From NCBI GenBank assembly GCA_000002435.2, contig CM018792.1: a stretch of DNA of 64,000 bases. One strand, written 5' to 3'. How positions within the stretch are numbered: the stretch's first letter is position 1; every line of letters begins with the position of its first letter. This DNA comes from Giardia intestinalis. Its lineage: Eukaryota. Shown piece by piece: positions 50,139 to 60,300 of the stretch. The position numbers and the translations under genes are program-made. The notes under the pieces are model-generated. The model was not told the DNA's origin. It saw nothing but the letters and a program-made list of their open reading frames with translations, and made no database searches.

Positions 50139-50834
50139 GTATTTGACACCATCATGAATATAGGCAATGTATGGAGCCGGCCACGCTGTCGCGCAAACAA
50201 GACAAGATAAATTATCGTCATGAGAAAGTAGTTGACGCACGCAGTCAAAGTGTGCACACGCTCCGCAAGGGCAGACGACTCCAAAGCCGACGTTGGTATT
50301 ACAATATATGCAATTACACCTTAAGGGTTGTCTGTCCAATATATAGTCTTGCATTTCTAACAAGAATCTAAGAGTAGGAAAACAGTGTGGGTGTCTGAGT
50401 CTATCCAGTATTTCGTGGTTTGGTAACACAATATTATTCTCTCCAGTAAACGACGCATTCAGAAAATGCGATTGCGTCAATTCGAGAACTGCGTTCGTTA
50501 TCTCAGGAGTGATGATAAGCAGGGCGGATGGTAATGAGTCAAGAAGTTTATCGACCAATGCTTTGACATCGGCTTTTATGCACAGCCATGAAAGCTTTCG
50601 AATATCCGAAGACAGTAGTATATTATTGGAGCTACCATCCATATTGATAGGATATTTTCGTTGCTGAATAAGCACAACTAAGCGCTGCTCGGGACCAAGA
50701 TGGCTGGGGGGCTCACTGACCACTTTGGCTACATATCCCATTAATTGAAGTGCCTTATTTGCTTCTTCCACATCACTTTCGGTGTAGTTATCCATGTTAA
50801 GAGAGCCTAGCTCTAAAAGATAACGGGCTAACAT
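50133..50834 (-). CDS. Small protein with a C-terminal C4HC3 (PHD/RING-variant) zinc finger, Nse1-like in layout.
   Basis: C-x2-C-x9-C-x-C-x4-H-x2-C-x14-C-x2-C arrangement in CNCIYCNTNVGFGVVCPCGACAHFDCVRQLLSHDDNLSCLVC. Its ATG directly abuts the stop of the upstream gene. Confidence 0.5.
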   Translation of the reverse strand: MLARYLLELGSLNMDNYTESDVEEANKALQLMGYVAKVVSEPPSHLGPEQRLVVLIQQRKYPINMDGSSNNILLSSDIRKLSWLCIKADVKALVDKLLDSLPSALLIITPEITNAVLELTQSHFLNASFTGENNIVLPNHEILDRLRHPHCFPTLRFLLEMQDYILDRQPLRCNCIYCNTNVGFGVVCPCGACAHFDCVRQLLSHDDNLSCLVCATAWPAPYIAYIHDGVKYS

Positions 50835-53800
50835 TTATTCCCTCTCCATCTCCCCTCCCTCCTGGAGGCCCAGAAGAGCGGCGAGGACGTCGTCGAAGGC
50901 GAGGCGTGTGTGCGTCGGGTCGGGGAGCTGGGAGCGGACCTGCACGGGCCCCTCGGCAAGGCCTGCCTCTCCGCTGCCCAGCCCCGAGACGGTGATCGTG
51001 TGCCCGGCCAGCGCCAGGCCCTCGACGGAGCCCAGCGTACGGTACCGCCGCTCTCCGTGTGCAGGGAGTAGTCGGGCCCGGGACGGAGCCCACAGCCCCC
51101 GCTCTAGCGTCACAGGGGGCACATCAGTGTGATTTCCGTAGTTAATCTGATGGTAGGCCTCCCAGAGCACCTTAGGTCCGTAGAGGTGAGAAGCCCACAT
51201 CATCGGTGTCACCCTAGAAGGCCCGGGGGCTAGGGTGGGCTCTGCTCTGATGGCCTCGAGCGCCTCCGCTGACTGGATGGCCATGGCCCGTAAGGGATCG
51301 TTAGAAAAGCCCTCCAGCGCAAGGACGTCTTCTGCAAGCATTACCCTTCCGGATGCACGCCCTCGCCTCCGCCGCTTCCGTGTTGAAGCATGGGCATTTG
51401 CGACCAACGGCTCGTGCTCCAGTAGTCGGTCACGTAGCCGCTGCAGACCTGCCTGTACCCGTCGGAGGTGACGTGTGTGCTGGTAAGTGTTTTGCTGTGC
51501 AACAAAGTCAAAATCGCGGCTGCTCGTCAAGGATTGTACCCTATGGATGCACGACGGGATGTATTCTATTATCTCGGTTTGTCCTAAGTTAAGCTCATCT
51601 AGGCCGTCCCTTGGATTATTGCCCCGAGTGTGTCTGTGAGGAGCCGCCGTCCAGCCACGCTGAGTCCAGCCTTGCCCGGAATCCATCCCCGATGATGATA
51701 GCGCGCTGCTATGGTTATCTTCTGAATCAGAAGACAGCTCAGCGACAGATAGCTTTGGGTTGCGGCGCACCTGGTGCTTACTAGGGGGTATAGATATCAA
51801 GTCCATGGATTGGCTGAAGATGGTTGCGATCCGTTCCCTCAAGCGCGTTTGTAGAAAGCTACAGACAAAGGCCCGCACGGAGCAGTCTGGAAGAAGTGTG
51901 AGATAAATAAGGAGAGCGTGCTTCATTGAGAGCCTTCGAGGTAGATAGCCGTCCAAGCTTCTAATCTTGCCCTCTACATTACCATCCAGGGAAAGCTTAA
52001 GGAATTGAAGGTTATGTTCTGAATCGTTTTCTTTTGACAAGAGCGCCTCTTCTATGTGATCGGTTGATAGCAATGGTGTTACATTGGATCCCATGCTTTG
52101 TTTGGCCAATCCAATAAGGCGCAAGATAGAAGCTTCAGCTACGAGGTTGTCTCGTCTGTTGGGTGTTTCCTCGCCCAAAAACGATGCACACAAATCTCTA
52201 TAGCTTATAGATAGCGTCGCCCCTGCAGACGCTTGCTTTGTGTCCATCTTGCCAGCTTGCATATCGGTGGTAGATTGCGCTTTAATAGAGCTTCCTCCGG
52301 ACTTGCATAAGCATGCCTTGCATGTTGAATATGCACGGTCTACACAAAGATCTGTTTCATCCATAGCGACCATATTGCAGAAGTAACAAGGACACAGTGG
52401 CCTGATCGTCAACGACACAGTAGAAGGGGTTCCATGTACACAGCCCTCAGGCCAAGTACAGGACGCGACAAACGATACCGATCTCGCCTCCATGCCGTCA
52501 AGAAGGAGTCCGTTATGTTGTGCCTGAGAAGTGCGCAGGAGAATGTTATTGAAGCGCAAAATCATCTGACAAATAGCTTTGTAGTATGCGTGCGCAGATG
52601 GAATATCCAAGCAAACATGATCATGAGTTTGGAGAAGAGTCTCCTGAGTGCATGCTCGCATGTGTTCTAAAAGGGAATCATAAAAAAAGGTAGCTGTAGT
52701 GAAGTGCTGGTAGGTATAGAGTCGATCTAGCACGAGTGGCATAAGATAGCGAAGCTTTTCTTCCATGGAAGTAAGTGTGTAGAATGCATGGCTTCCACCC
52801 TTTAACTCTATAAGAGCCCTTATCGCATGAGGAAAGTTACTTTCGAAGCCAGTAAGTTTCATCCCTGGACCTGTAGTAAGAGGAGGGTGGCAAAACAAAT
52901 CAGAAAATTCGTTCATACACCTCTGGGCAACAGCTTCTAAGATTCTTGGTGTAGTTGGCGCTGAAAATACTTGTTTGTTTGGGATGTCCTTTTCAAGGCC
53001 ACCGACCTGGTCCTGCTCCGGCAACGATTCTAAATCCAAGAAACCAGGTTGAGCGTCTTTTAAATTATAGACTCCTTTTTCAGCGAGCTCATAGACTGAT
53101 GTGGGTTTAGCTGTGTCTACATGGAAAGACTCCACAAAGCTAGATTCTTTTCCTTGAGCATCCTTGGCTGTGAAGACATCCACAGCAGAAAGAATATCAT
53201 GCATGCTCTTTGAAGCACTGATCGCCTCATTGATTTGTCCTAAAAGCTCGTTTGCTGGTAGTTCTGGCAATGCTGTGACATTGCCTCCAAAGCTGTTGAA
53301 GACATCACAGACAATCCCCCTGATCCCGCAAGTTAGTGACTGGGCCAGGTATACGTCTTCTGGTGTAGCAAAGTGCTCCTGGGATAGAGACCCAAATACT
53401 TTGCACTCTATAAATTGTGAACAAAGTCGTAGAAAACTAGCAGACTTGGACCAGGGTCCCATGAAAAGCTTTTCGATAACATCGAGCCAGTGCTCGTATG
53501 CTGAGTGGACGTAAGTAAACATCGTCGAGGTAAGCAGTCGGTGGGAGGCATAGTTTCGAACGGTGTCGCAGGCTTCCATATCCTGAGTGTAATTCCTAGA
53601 CCTCTTAGAGCCGTATTGCTCTGCTCCTTCCTTTGCATGTTCTTCCCGTTGGACCCTTGACAAAGCGCCATACGCCTTGTGCTCAGAGATGTCATCAGCT
53701 ATGACATAAATATCGCTAGCATAACGAGCAAAGTATTCTGGTTCAGGGTAGATTGTGACCATCACTCTGCGAGTGCTAGGATCTGGCAAGACAAAGTCAA

Positions 53801-54521
53801 AATGGCAGAATCGCGTTTCTATTTGAGGACTCAAAAGCCTTACAAACTTTCCAGAGAGAAGAAATGCACTTGCCGATGTACTGTGCTCATAATAGTATGT
53901 CGTTCTATCTTGAGAAAGCTCCTCACTACTTAGAGACAAGGCATCCTCAATTGCGGAAAAAACTGAAGCGTTAAGCCACGTGTCGTCCATATGAGTTGCA
54001 AGACAAGAAACCGGCGCATGCACTCTTGACGATAAGGAGTGTGCAGCACTGTGCTCATGTATCCGCTCGAGCGCTTCCATTATCACATGACGCCGAATGA
54101 ATGCTGCATCGGAAATGTCCTCCTCTGACGATTCCGAGTCCTCATTAGCCGCTTTTTCTTCCAGAAGCTCCAGAAAAAGAGGCGGTGAACATGATAACTC
54201 GGCAGTCAAAAATCCAGAAAGGCAGCGCCTGTAAGCATGGCCGTCTAAGCACGGGTCTGACGAAAAAATATTCACTCCCTTAGGCAAACAACCCCTAGGA
54301 TCGTCAAAATTCAGCCGCACTCGATGACTAGAATCGAAGCCACTGCTGTACATGAACTGCTGTGCGTACTTAAGACCAAATAAAGGAACATAAATCAGAC
54401 TGCTGGGTTCTGTTTCATTGCTTGGTAAAGTAGAGTCACCTAGCGCCATCCCGTGATTTGTAGGGCTATGCATCGGTGCTGCAGGCACTAAGGTATCATG
54501 GAAACCACTTTGTGGGCCCAT
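50835..54521 (-). CDS. Large hypothetical protein (1228 aa) with a GC-rich, R/A/G/L-rich C-terminal 220 aa.
   Basis: ATG-initiated long ORF with no recognisable catalytic motifs. Internal Cys cluster CPCYFCNMVAMDETDLCVDRAYSTCKACLC. Confidence 0.7.
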   Translation of the reverse strand: MGPQSGFHDTLVPAAPMHSPTNHGMALGDSTLPSNETEPSSLIYVPLFGLKYAQQFMYSSGFDSSHRVRLNFDDPRGCLPKGVNIFSSDPCLDGHAYRRCLSGFLTAELSCSPPLFLELLEEKAANEDSESSEEDISDAAFIRRHVIMEALERIHEHSAAHSLSSRVHAPVSCLATHMDDTWLNASVFSAIEDALSLSSEELSQDRTTYYYEHSTSASAFLLSGKFVRLLSPQIETRFCHFDFVLPDPSTRRVMVTIYPEPEYFARYASDIYVIADDISEHKAYGALSRVQREEHAKEGAEQYGSKRSRNYTQDMEACDTVRNYASHRLLTSTMFTYVHSAYEHWLDVIEKLFMGPWSKSASFLRLCSQFIECKVFGSLSQEHFATPEDVYLAQSLTCGIRGIVCDVFNSFGGNVTALPELPANELLGQINEAISASKSMHDILSAVDVFTAKDAQGKESSFVESFHVDTAKPTSVYELAEKGVYNLKDAQPGFLDLESLPEQDQVGGLEKDIPNKQVFSAPTTPRILEAVAQRCMNEFSDLFCHPPLTTGPGMKLTGFESNFPHAIRALIELKGGSHAFYTLTSMEEKLRYLMPLVLDRLYTYQHFTTATFFYDSLLEHMRACTQETLLQTHDHVCLDIPSAHAYYKAICQMILRFNNILLRTSQAQHNGLLLDGMEARSVSFVASCTWPEGCVHGTPSTVSLTIRPLCPCYFCNMVAMDETDLCVDRAYSTCKACLCKSGGSSIKAQSTTDMQAGKMDTKQASAGATLSISYRDLCASFLGEETPNRRDNLVAEASILRLIGLAKQSMGSNVTPLLSTDHIEEALLSKENDSEHNLQFLKLSLDGNVEGKIRSLDGYLPRRLSMKHALLIYLTLLPDCSVRAFVCSFLQTRLRERIATIFSQSMDLISIPPSKHQVRRNPKLSVAELSSDSEDNHSSALSSSGMDSGQGWTQRGWTAAPHRHTRGNNPRDGLDELNLGQTEIIEYIPSCIHRVQSLTSSRDFDFVAQQNTYQHTRHLRRVQAGLQRLRDRLLEHEPLVANAHASTRKRRRRGRASGRVMLAEDVLALEGFSNDPLRAMAIQSAEALEAIRAEPTLAPGPSRVTPMMWASHLYGPKVLWEAYHQINYGNHTDVPPVTLERGLWAPSRARLLPAHGERRYRTLGSVEGLALAGHTITVSGLGSGEAGLAEGPVQVRSQLPDPTHTRLAFDDVLAALLGLQEGGEMERE

Positions 54522-54808
54522 GTGTTTCTTACCTGAGACTCAGCTTTTTGATTCTGCGCTCAGTTGTCTCCTCCCTATTTGAATGGAGCCATGACTCTCT
54601 AGAATACCAAATTAAGAACAGCATTGGCTTTAGCTCTGTCTAGGACTGGTTGAATTCTAACAGTCATGGTCTTTCTAACATTTAGAGCTCTATAGCCTTG
54701 AACAAATTCTCGCATGTCTATACAACGGCCTGAAGATGAAGGACCATATACTATCTTGTTCGAGTTAAGTAATTCCAATCACTAATCCTGATGATCTCTA
54801 TTTGTTAG

Positions 54809-57349
54809 ATGTTGAATATACGTAGGTATCAGCGGCTGTTTACTGTAGAGAACAAAAGCAGATACAAAAAGCTATCGAGCCACATGTTATTGTTGTTGCT
54901 ACTTGTTATATCTATCTTGACAACTTCTGAAAGAGGAGAGCTCTGCCTTTTAGAATTACGGGAGGGGTATCAGTTGGACTCCACGACACTTGATCCAAAT
55001 TTTGTACGAGATCTTGGGGTTTTGGACTTGAAGGTTTTTGATTGTTATCACGAAATAGCTGACGAGCTCCAGGCTCATCCCGAACTTGAAAAGAGTTTAA
55101 AAGAGCAATACTTACAACATCTTCGAAGCCAAGCTGCTGTCAATAAAGTTTATTGTGACGACTTTTTCGATACAACAACTCTCCTTTATCATATTAATGA
55201 CCAAACAGAGGACGCAGAACCACTAGATCATCTTCACCTTATAAACATCTTTCGATCTGATAACCTTACGTTAATTCATCCTGATGTCACCGGCCGACGA
55301 ATTAAGCTTTCGTTTCTGAACTCAGGGATTTCTAGGACATGCACCCAACTAACTCTCAACGAAGAATATTCCATAAACTGTGGCGGCTTTAATGCATCTC
55401 TCTTTACTGAGGATGCACCCGGGACAATTGCGTTAACCCTTGCTGCAGCCCACATGTCTGGAGGCACCAGTGGGGTAGCGAGAAACGCTCAGGTCATTGA
55501 GAGAACGGTGTTCAGACCTAAACTGGTTGATTCGGAGACATCTTCTGGGATGGTTGCTAGCTCAGAGTACGAAGCATCGTTTATTGATGTCTTGGAAGGA
55601 TATAGCATAAAGGGCGCATCATCCCGCTTCATGAACCTATTAGTTTGTATGTATGAGATTCCATTCGCTGCTCATCTAAGGGCTAAGAACTCTCTCTTGG
55701 AGTCTTTGGTTCCTCTTCTCAGAGATGTAATGGCAGCATCAGATGTTAAAGACTCTTGCAACGGCGATTTCATCCCTATTTTTAGTACAGGTGTAGGCGA
55801 AGAAGACGTCAATCTGTTAAATTATTTGCAATCCTCCGTAGCTGTGTATGTACAAAGCGTCATCCAGCAATCTCATGGAGAGGCTAACACAGTACTCACT
55901 GTCACCTATCCTAGCTCCAGAATCGGAGCGAATATCCTATTCAGCACCCCGTCTGGAACAGAAGACGCGCCATTGGTCGCCTTTGGATTTGATGACGTTG
56001 TTGCCCCCGTCGCATATGGGCCTGGGTCCGCCCTATCTATTGGAGCAGCTGCACTTGCACTAGTGGCCGATGCGTTTGCAGCTCTAGGGTATCAGATGAG
56101 CTTTTCTGATTTGCTTAACGTGATCGCCGAGACAGGGAGACACACAGAGCTAGGGCTTAACTCATCATACCTCGGCGACGCAAACGACTGGAAAAGAAAC
56201 GCTGCTGGATACCTCTTCTCGAATACATACGGGTTTGGACTGGTGGATGTGAATGCCTCCCTCTCTTATGTTAAGGCGCTTCGTCACATATATGGTTCAG
56301 AAAAAGACTACATGAGCCGTCAGGCTTGGGAAGAGCGATGTGGTAACTCTTGTAAGAAATTCCTGGGCTGCACAGGGGTGATTATTGATGATGGTGGGGA
56401 GTGTGCGGAAAAGTGTGGAGTCCATCGAATAGCAATCGATCGTTACATCCCTGATCGGATCACCCTCCAGAAGAAGCTATCTGTCGTGCAAAATAAGCGC
56501 ATAGAGAAAATAGGACTCCGAGTTGTTGCTTCAAACGGGTCGAATCTAAAGGAGCTGAGTATACTGGTGCAATCGCCAGAGGGAACCAGAGGCACGATGA
56601 TCCAGCCAGATTCTGTGACGACAGAAGATATTGAGGGTGTGTTTTTCTACTCCTACCTGTTCTACGGAGAGAACTCCGTTGGAGACTGGACTATTAACAT
56701 CCTTGACGTAGGATACCATCAGTCCATCTTCATCGAGTACATTGACATAGTGATCTTTGGGATCGAGTCTCACCTTACTATTGCATGGCCTAGTAGCATT
56801 GCCTTTAGAACGAATCCAGAAGAAAACGCAGAGACCGTTATGGAGAGGATGATGCGTACGCTTGGCTACAAGCGGCGCACAGCTTCTTCTTCAAACACTC
56901 TGTACTACACTTGCACAGTGCATCCTGTCACAAAAAGGTATACCCTGTTTTATCTGAGTGGAACGCAGACTGCTTGGAGAAGCGCACCTCAAACTCCTGT
57001 TACGATTGCCACAGATATACAGTTCAGTTGTACAGGCCCGAAGGTTAACGGAAAAGAGTTTGGTTTGACGCTAACAGGGCTAGTCGAACAGGAAGCATTC
57101 AGCGGCCAAGGGAGGCTTCTCTTTGTCCCGTCTGGGATTACGGAGCTCGACCGTACCACACTTCGCGAAGATGTGTTTGTCTCAAACAGCATCAGGGTCA
57201 CATATTCACCAGAAGAGGACGGGGGTTTGCCTGATGAAGAAGGCGACGTGTCCTCTGAGGCTCGATACAGACCCCGCTTGCTAGCTGCTACTGTGACAGG
57301 CCTATGTGTGCTAGCTGCCGCCTTTCTTGGGGGAGCATTCAAGGAGTAG
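54809..57349 (+). CDS. Kexin/subtilisin-like proprotein-convertase-like protein with a P-domain-like C-terminal region and a C-terminal membrane anchor. The catalytic motifs are divergent.
   Basis: YGFGLVDVNASLSYVKAL matches the subtilase C-terminal YGFGllDA motif. PGSALSIGAAALALV aligns with GTSASAPLAAGIIAL (the catalytic-Ser region). AHMSGGTSGVA may be a degenerate His box. WTINILDVGYHQSIFIEYIDIVIFG is P/Homo-B-like. N-terminal MLLLLLLVISILTTS signal, C-terminal TM LLAATVTGLCVLAAAFLGG. The in-frame ATG at 54884 is an alternative start. Confidence 0.55.
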   Translation: MLNIRRYQRLFTVENKSRYKKLSSHMLLLLLLVISILTTSERGELCLLELREGYQLDSTTLDPNFVRDLGVLDLKVFDCYHEIADELQAHPELEKSLKEQYLQHLRSQAAVNKVYCDDFFDTTTLLYHINDQTEDAEPLDHLHLINIFRSDNLTLIHPDVTGRRIKLSFLNSGISRTCTQLTLNEEYSINCGGFNASLFTEDAPGTIALTLAAAHMSGGTSGVARNAQVIERTVFRPKLVDSETSSGMVASSEYEASFIDVLEGYSIKGASSRFMNLLVCMYEIPFAAHLRAKNSLLESLVPLLRDVMAASDVKDSCNGDFIPIFSTGVGEEDVNLLNYLQSSVAVYVQSVIQQSHGEANTVLTVTYPSSRIGANILFSTPSGTEDAPLVAFGFDDVVAPVAYGPGSALSIGAAALALVADAFAALGYQMSFSDLLNVIAETGRHTELGLNSSYLGDANDWKRNAAGYLFSNTYGFGLVDVNASLSYVKALRHIYGSEKDYMSRQAWEERCGNSCKKFLGCTGVIIDDGGECAEKCGVHRIAIDRYIPDRITLQKKLSVVQNKRIEKIGLRVVASNGSNLKELSILVQSPEGTRGTMIQPDSVTTEDIEGVFFYSYLFYGENSVGDWTINILDVGYHQSIFIEYIDIVIFGIESHLTIAWPSSIAFRTNPEENAETVMERMMRTLGYKRRTASSSNTLYYTCTVHPVTKRYTLFYLSGTQTAWRSAPQTPVTIATDIQFSCTGPKVNGKEFGLTLTGLVEQEAFSGQGRLLFVPSGITELDRTTLREDVFVSNSIRVTYSPEEDGGLPDEEGDVSSEARYRPRLLAATVTGLCVLAAAFLGGAFKE

Positions 57350-60300
57350 AGAAACCCATATCTTATACTGAGAAAGGCCGAAGAGAGGGTCTCAGATGCA
57401 GGTGAAAGGACCCTTCCTTCAAAGATACTCTAGTAACACTGGCGTAGACAGAAGCCAAGAAGGCTGAATCTAATTTGGATAGTTATGTCATTGTAACACC
57501 ACCCAATAGCTTGCTGAGAATTAGGACTTTGCCAGTGGGGTGTGTGGTTGTGCTTGAATTTGAGCCACCCGGAGTTGATGGTTAGACTACAAAGTAGTCG
57601 AGTTGAAGCTGTTACAACTCCAGCGTATGGGAAGAATGCAAGTGGGCGAGTTGATCACTCGTTAGCTGTTCTATCCTTGGCCAAACCACTTGGCCGTTCG
57701 CGTTCATCCTGTATATAAGATAGTGAATGCGTATGTAACCCTCAAGAAATGCTTTATGGGAGAAGCAGTGTAAGCGCATCGAGGAACAGAAGCACGGAGA
57801 CTTCTCTTAGCTACATCAAGCAAATGCTAAAGAGGGCTGCTAGTCGGAGAGTGCTTTTGGATCTGCAGTAGGATGACGAGCAGGCATCTCTCTTGTGGAG
57901 CCGTGTGATGCCCGTTATTTGGCATGCAAAGAAGATACCATCAGGCTTAGCCAGAAACAGCCGAACAGCCTTTCATATGGTCTACCGGAGTCATTCAATA
58001 CACAAAGACGAGGCACTGTCTCATTACCACAGCGGTCTTGACAGACCCAGGCGTGCAAATGCCAACAATGCAAGCGGGACAAGTACCATATCGATAGAGA
58101 CTTGGATCTCAAAAGCAAACAGAGAGCACCGACCGCTACAGCGTGTGCTTATGCTGTCATGTATCTAACACCAGTAAGTATAATTAGTAACAGGTCACTT
58201 GTAGGGAGTCATTGAATGCGGCGTAGCAGTGAGCGAAGGATCTAGCGTCTGCTGCTTGTGATGCTCAAATGGTGTAAGTGGTGTTCCTAGTCAGTAGACC
58301 TCCTCCAGAAATGGCAGATACCGGAGAATGTGTGACTAGTCGTGGAGGCCACGAACCGTGTACAGAGGCATCAAAGTTAGAAGACAGGCGTCTATGAGCG
58401 ACTCTTGTGAGTGTATCAATAAAGGAAAGGGCCAGGACACTGCTGGGTCTACCTGATGCGTCTAAGGCAGGAGAGATGGAAGAGCTGATAAGCACGTGGC
58501 TCACTACAATAAGTACGGCAGACATAGTGCAGTTCAAGAGGATGCAAACTACTGCTGCATATGCTAGGCTGTGGAGTTACGCCTATGAGCACCCTGTGAA
58601 CCGAGAGCTTGCATCTCTTCCTACAGCGTAGCGGGTGGAAGAGGCACGAGCTTGAGCAAGGCCAGAATGCTAGGGCCACAGAACGAGCGGCAGCTGGGAG
58701 AGAAGCTTGTGGAGGGTGATGCATAGCTCTCTGCTAGCTAGGAAGCGGCGTGGCCCACTGACGGGACGACTGGACGTAACCACGTTAAGCTTGATAGGCA
58801 CGTTGAGCGCAGCGTTTTATGGCCTCTGAATACCGCACTGGTGTATGTGCTAGACAAGGTTTACCGGTATACCTTGAAGACAGGACTACTTGGTTGGCTG
58901 AAGCTGGGAAAGCGACCAATCCATTCCCATCAGAGGTGAATGCTTCCCCATGGATACACCTGAGACCGCACCCTCCTGTGGCCGGACAGGAGAGCAGACA
59001 ATCGTGGAAACGTGTGCGAACAACCCATGGGTGCTGTCCAGCCATCTCTCTAGAACACGGTTATTTGCTAGCAGGCGGTACAGCGGGGAAGGAGACCGCC
59101 GTGCGTTGCTCCTGCCCGGCTAGATACGTCCCTTGCTCGCGGCACGGGCCCTGAAGGGGGCGTTGTCATGTGGCCTCTCGCTGAGCTAAAAAACTAGGTA
59201 TGTCTGTGATCGTGGCTATCTCCCCAGAGTAGCACCTCCGTGCACAGGCCCTATTGTGTTCGTCGCTTAGCCCGCTAGACAAGGGGCTCAAAGGCCTTTT
59301 GAAGCGTCTTCTAGCCTCTGACATATCGCAAGTACTATAAGCACGAACAGCACACGGAACGACGGTGGCACACATGGACAGTGTACTATGTGCGTAGAAG
59401 AGAGCAGCCGTCCTCACATGTGCACGATGACACTAGCCAGTACGCCTTAGCTATTTTGCCGGCGACCATTTCCCCTTGTGCTTGCCACGATGGGAGAGCA
59501 AATGCACCTGGCGGGTTGGCAGCTGCTGTGCTGGCCTTCTTGAGCACTAGGCACATCCCTGCATGATGTTCAGTGCGAGCCAAATCCCACGATTGGGACT
59601 ATCGTTATTAGCAAGGCGAGGTAGCTCGTTACAGCGGGCGCGCCTTTGATCACGTCCGCGATCTCTGTGCATACAGATGCTCCCCTACGCCTGCTGGCGA
59701 TAATCGTGCACTCAGACAAGTACCACAAGGCGCTCCACTGTCCTCAAGGGAGACCAACGGCTTATGCATACGGCGCAACGGAGGCCTATGCGGTGAGTGC
59801 TACAGGGCCAGCTACTGACCAGTCTGGATCACAGTCCGCTCCTCAAGTACCCTTATACGTGCTTGCGTGCTCGTTGCCAGTGTTGAGCGAGACTGCAAAG
59901 GGTTTTGCTTCGTTGTGCTTATCTTACAGTGCTCAGTCCTTGGAGTACGCTTCACCGAAGGGGGATGTTAACTAGATGTGCAGAAGGTTGGCCGTGCACA
60001 GAGGTTTCTAGAAAGCCGGTTCACACAGAGGAGGCAGGGGCGATAAGCAGGCCAGCTATGTAAGACTAGCGTTAGAGGGGCTAGCTGCCAACCAAGATTG
60101 TAGCGGGATATCTGTAGTGCCTGATGGCTTCTAAGCATGGCAAAGCCGTGAGGCCTACGGACAAGCTGGAGGCTGCTCTTTGTTTTTATGCATTTGTAGC
60201 AGAACAGGTTCTTGAAAGTCTGCTCATTCCGGAGCTGAAAGAGTCCATCTCCTCTCCCCACATGGCACGGGGCTCCATTGTAGATGTGTACTATACAAAC

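Noticed and set aside
50797-51132. Arg/Pro/Gly-rich ORFs on both strands (50797-51093 minus, 50908-51132 plus)
   Set aside because: They lie in the GC-rich tail of the 1228-aa gene. They are open frames produced by G+C-rich composition in off-frames, not independent genes.
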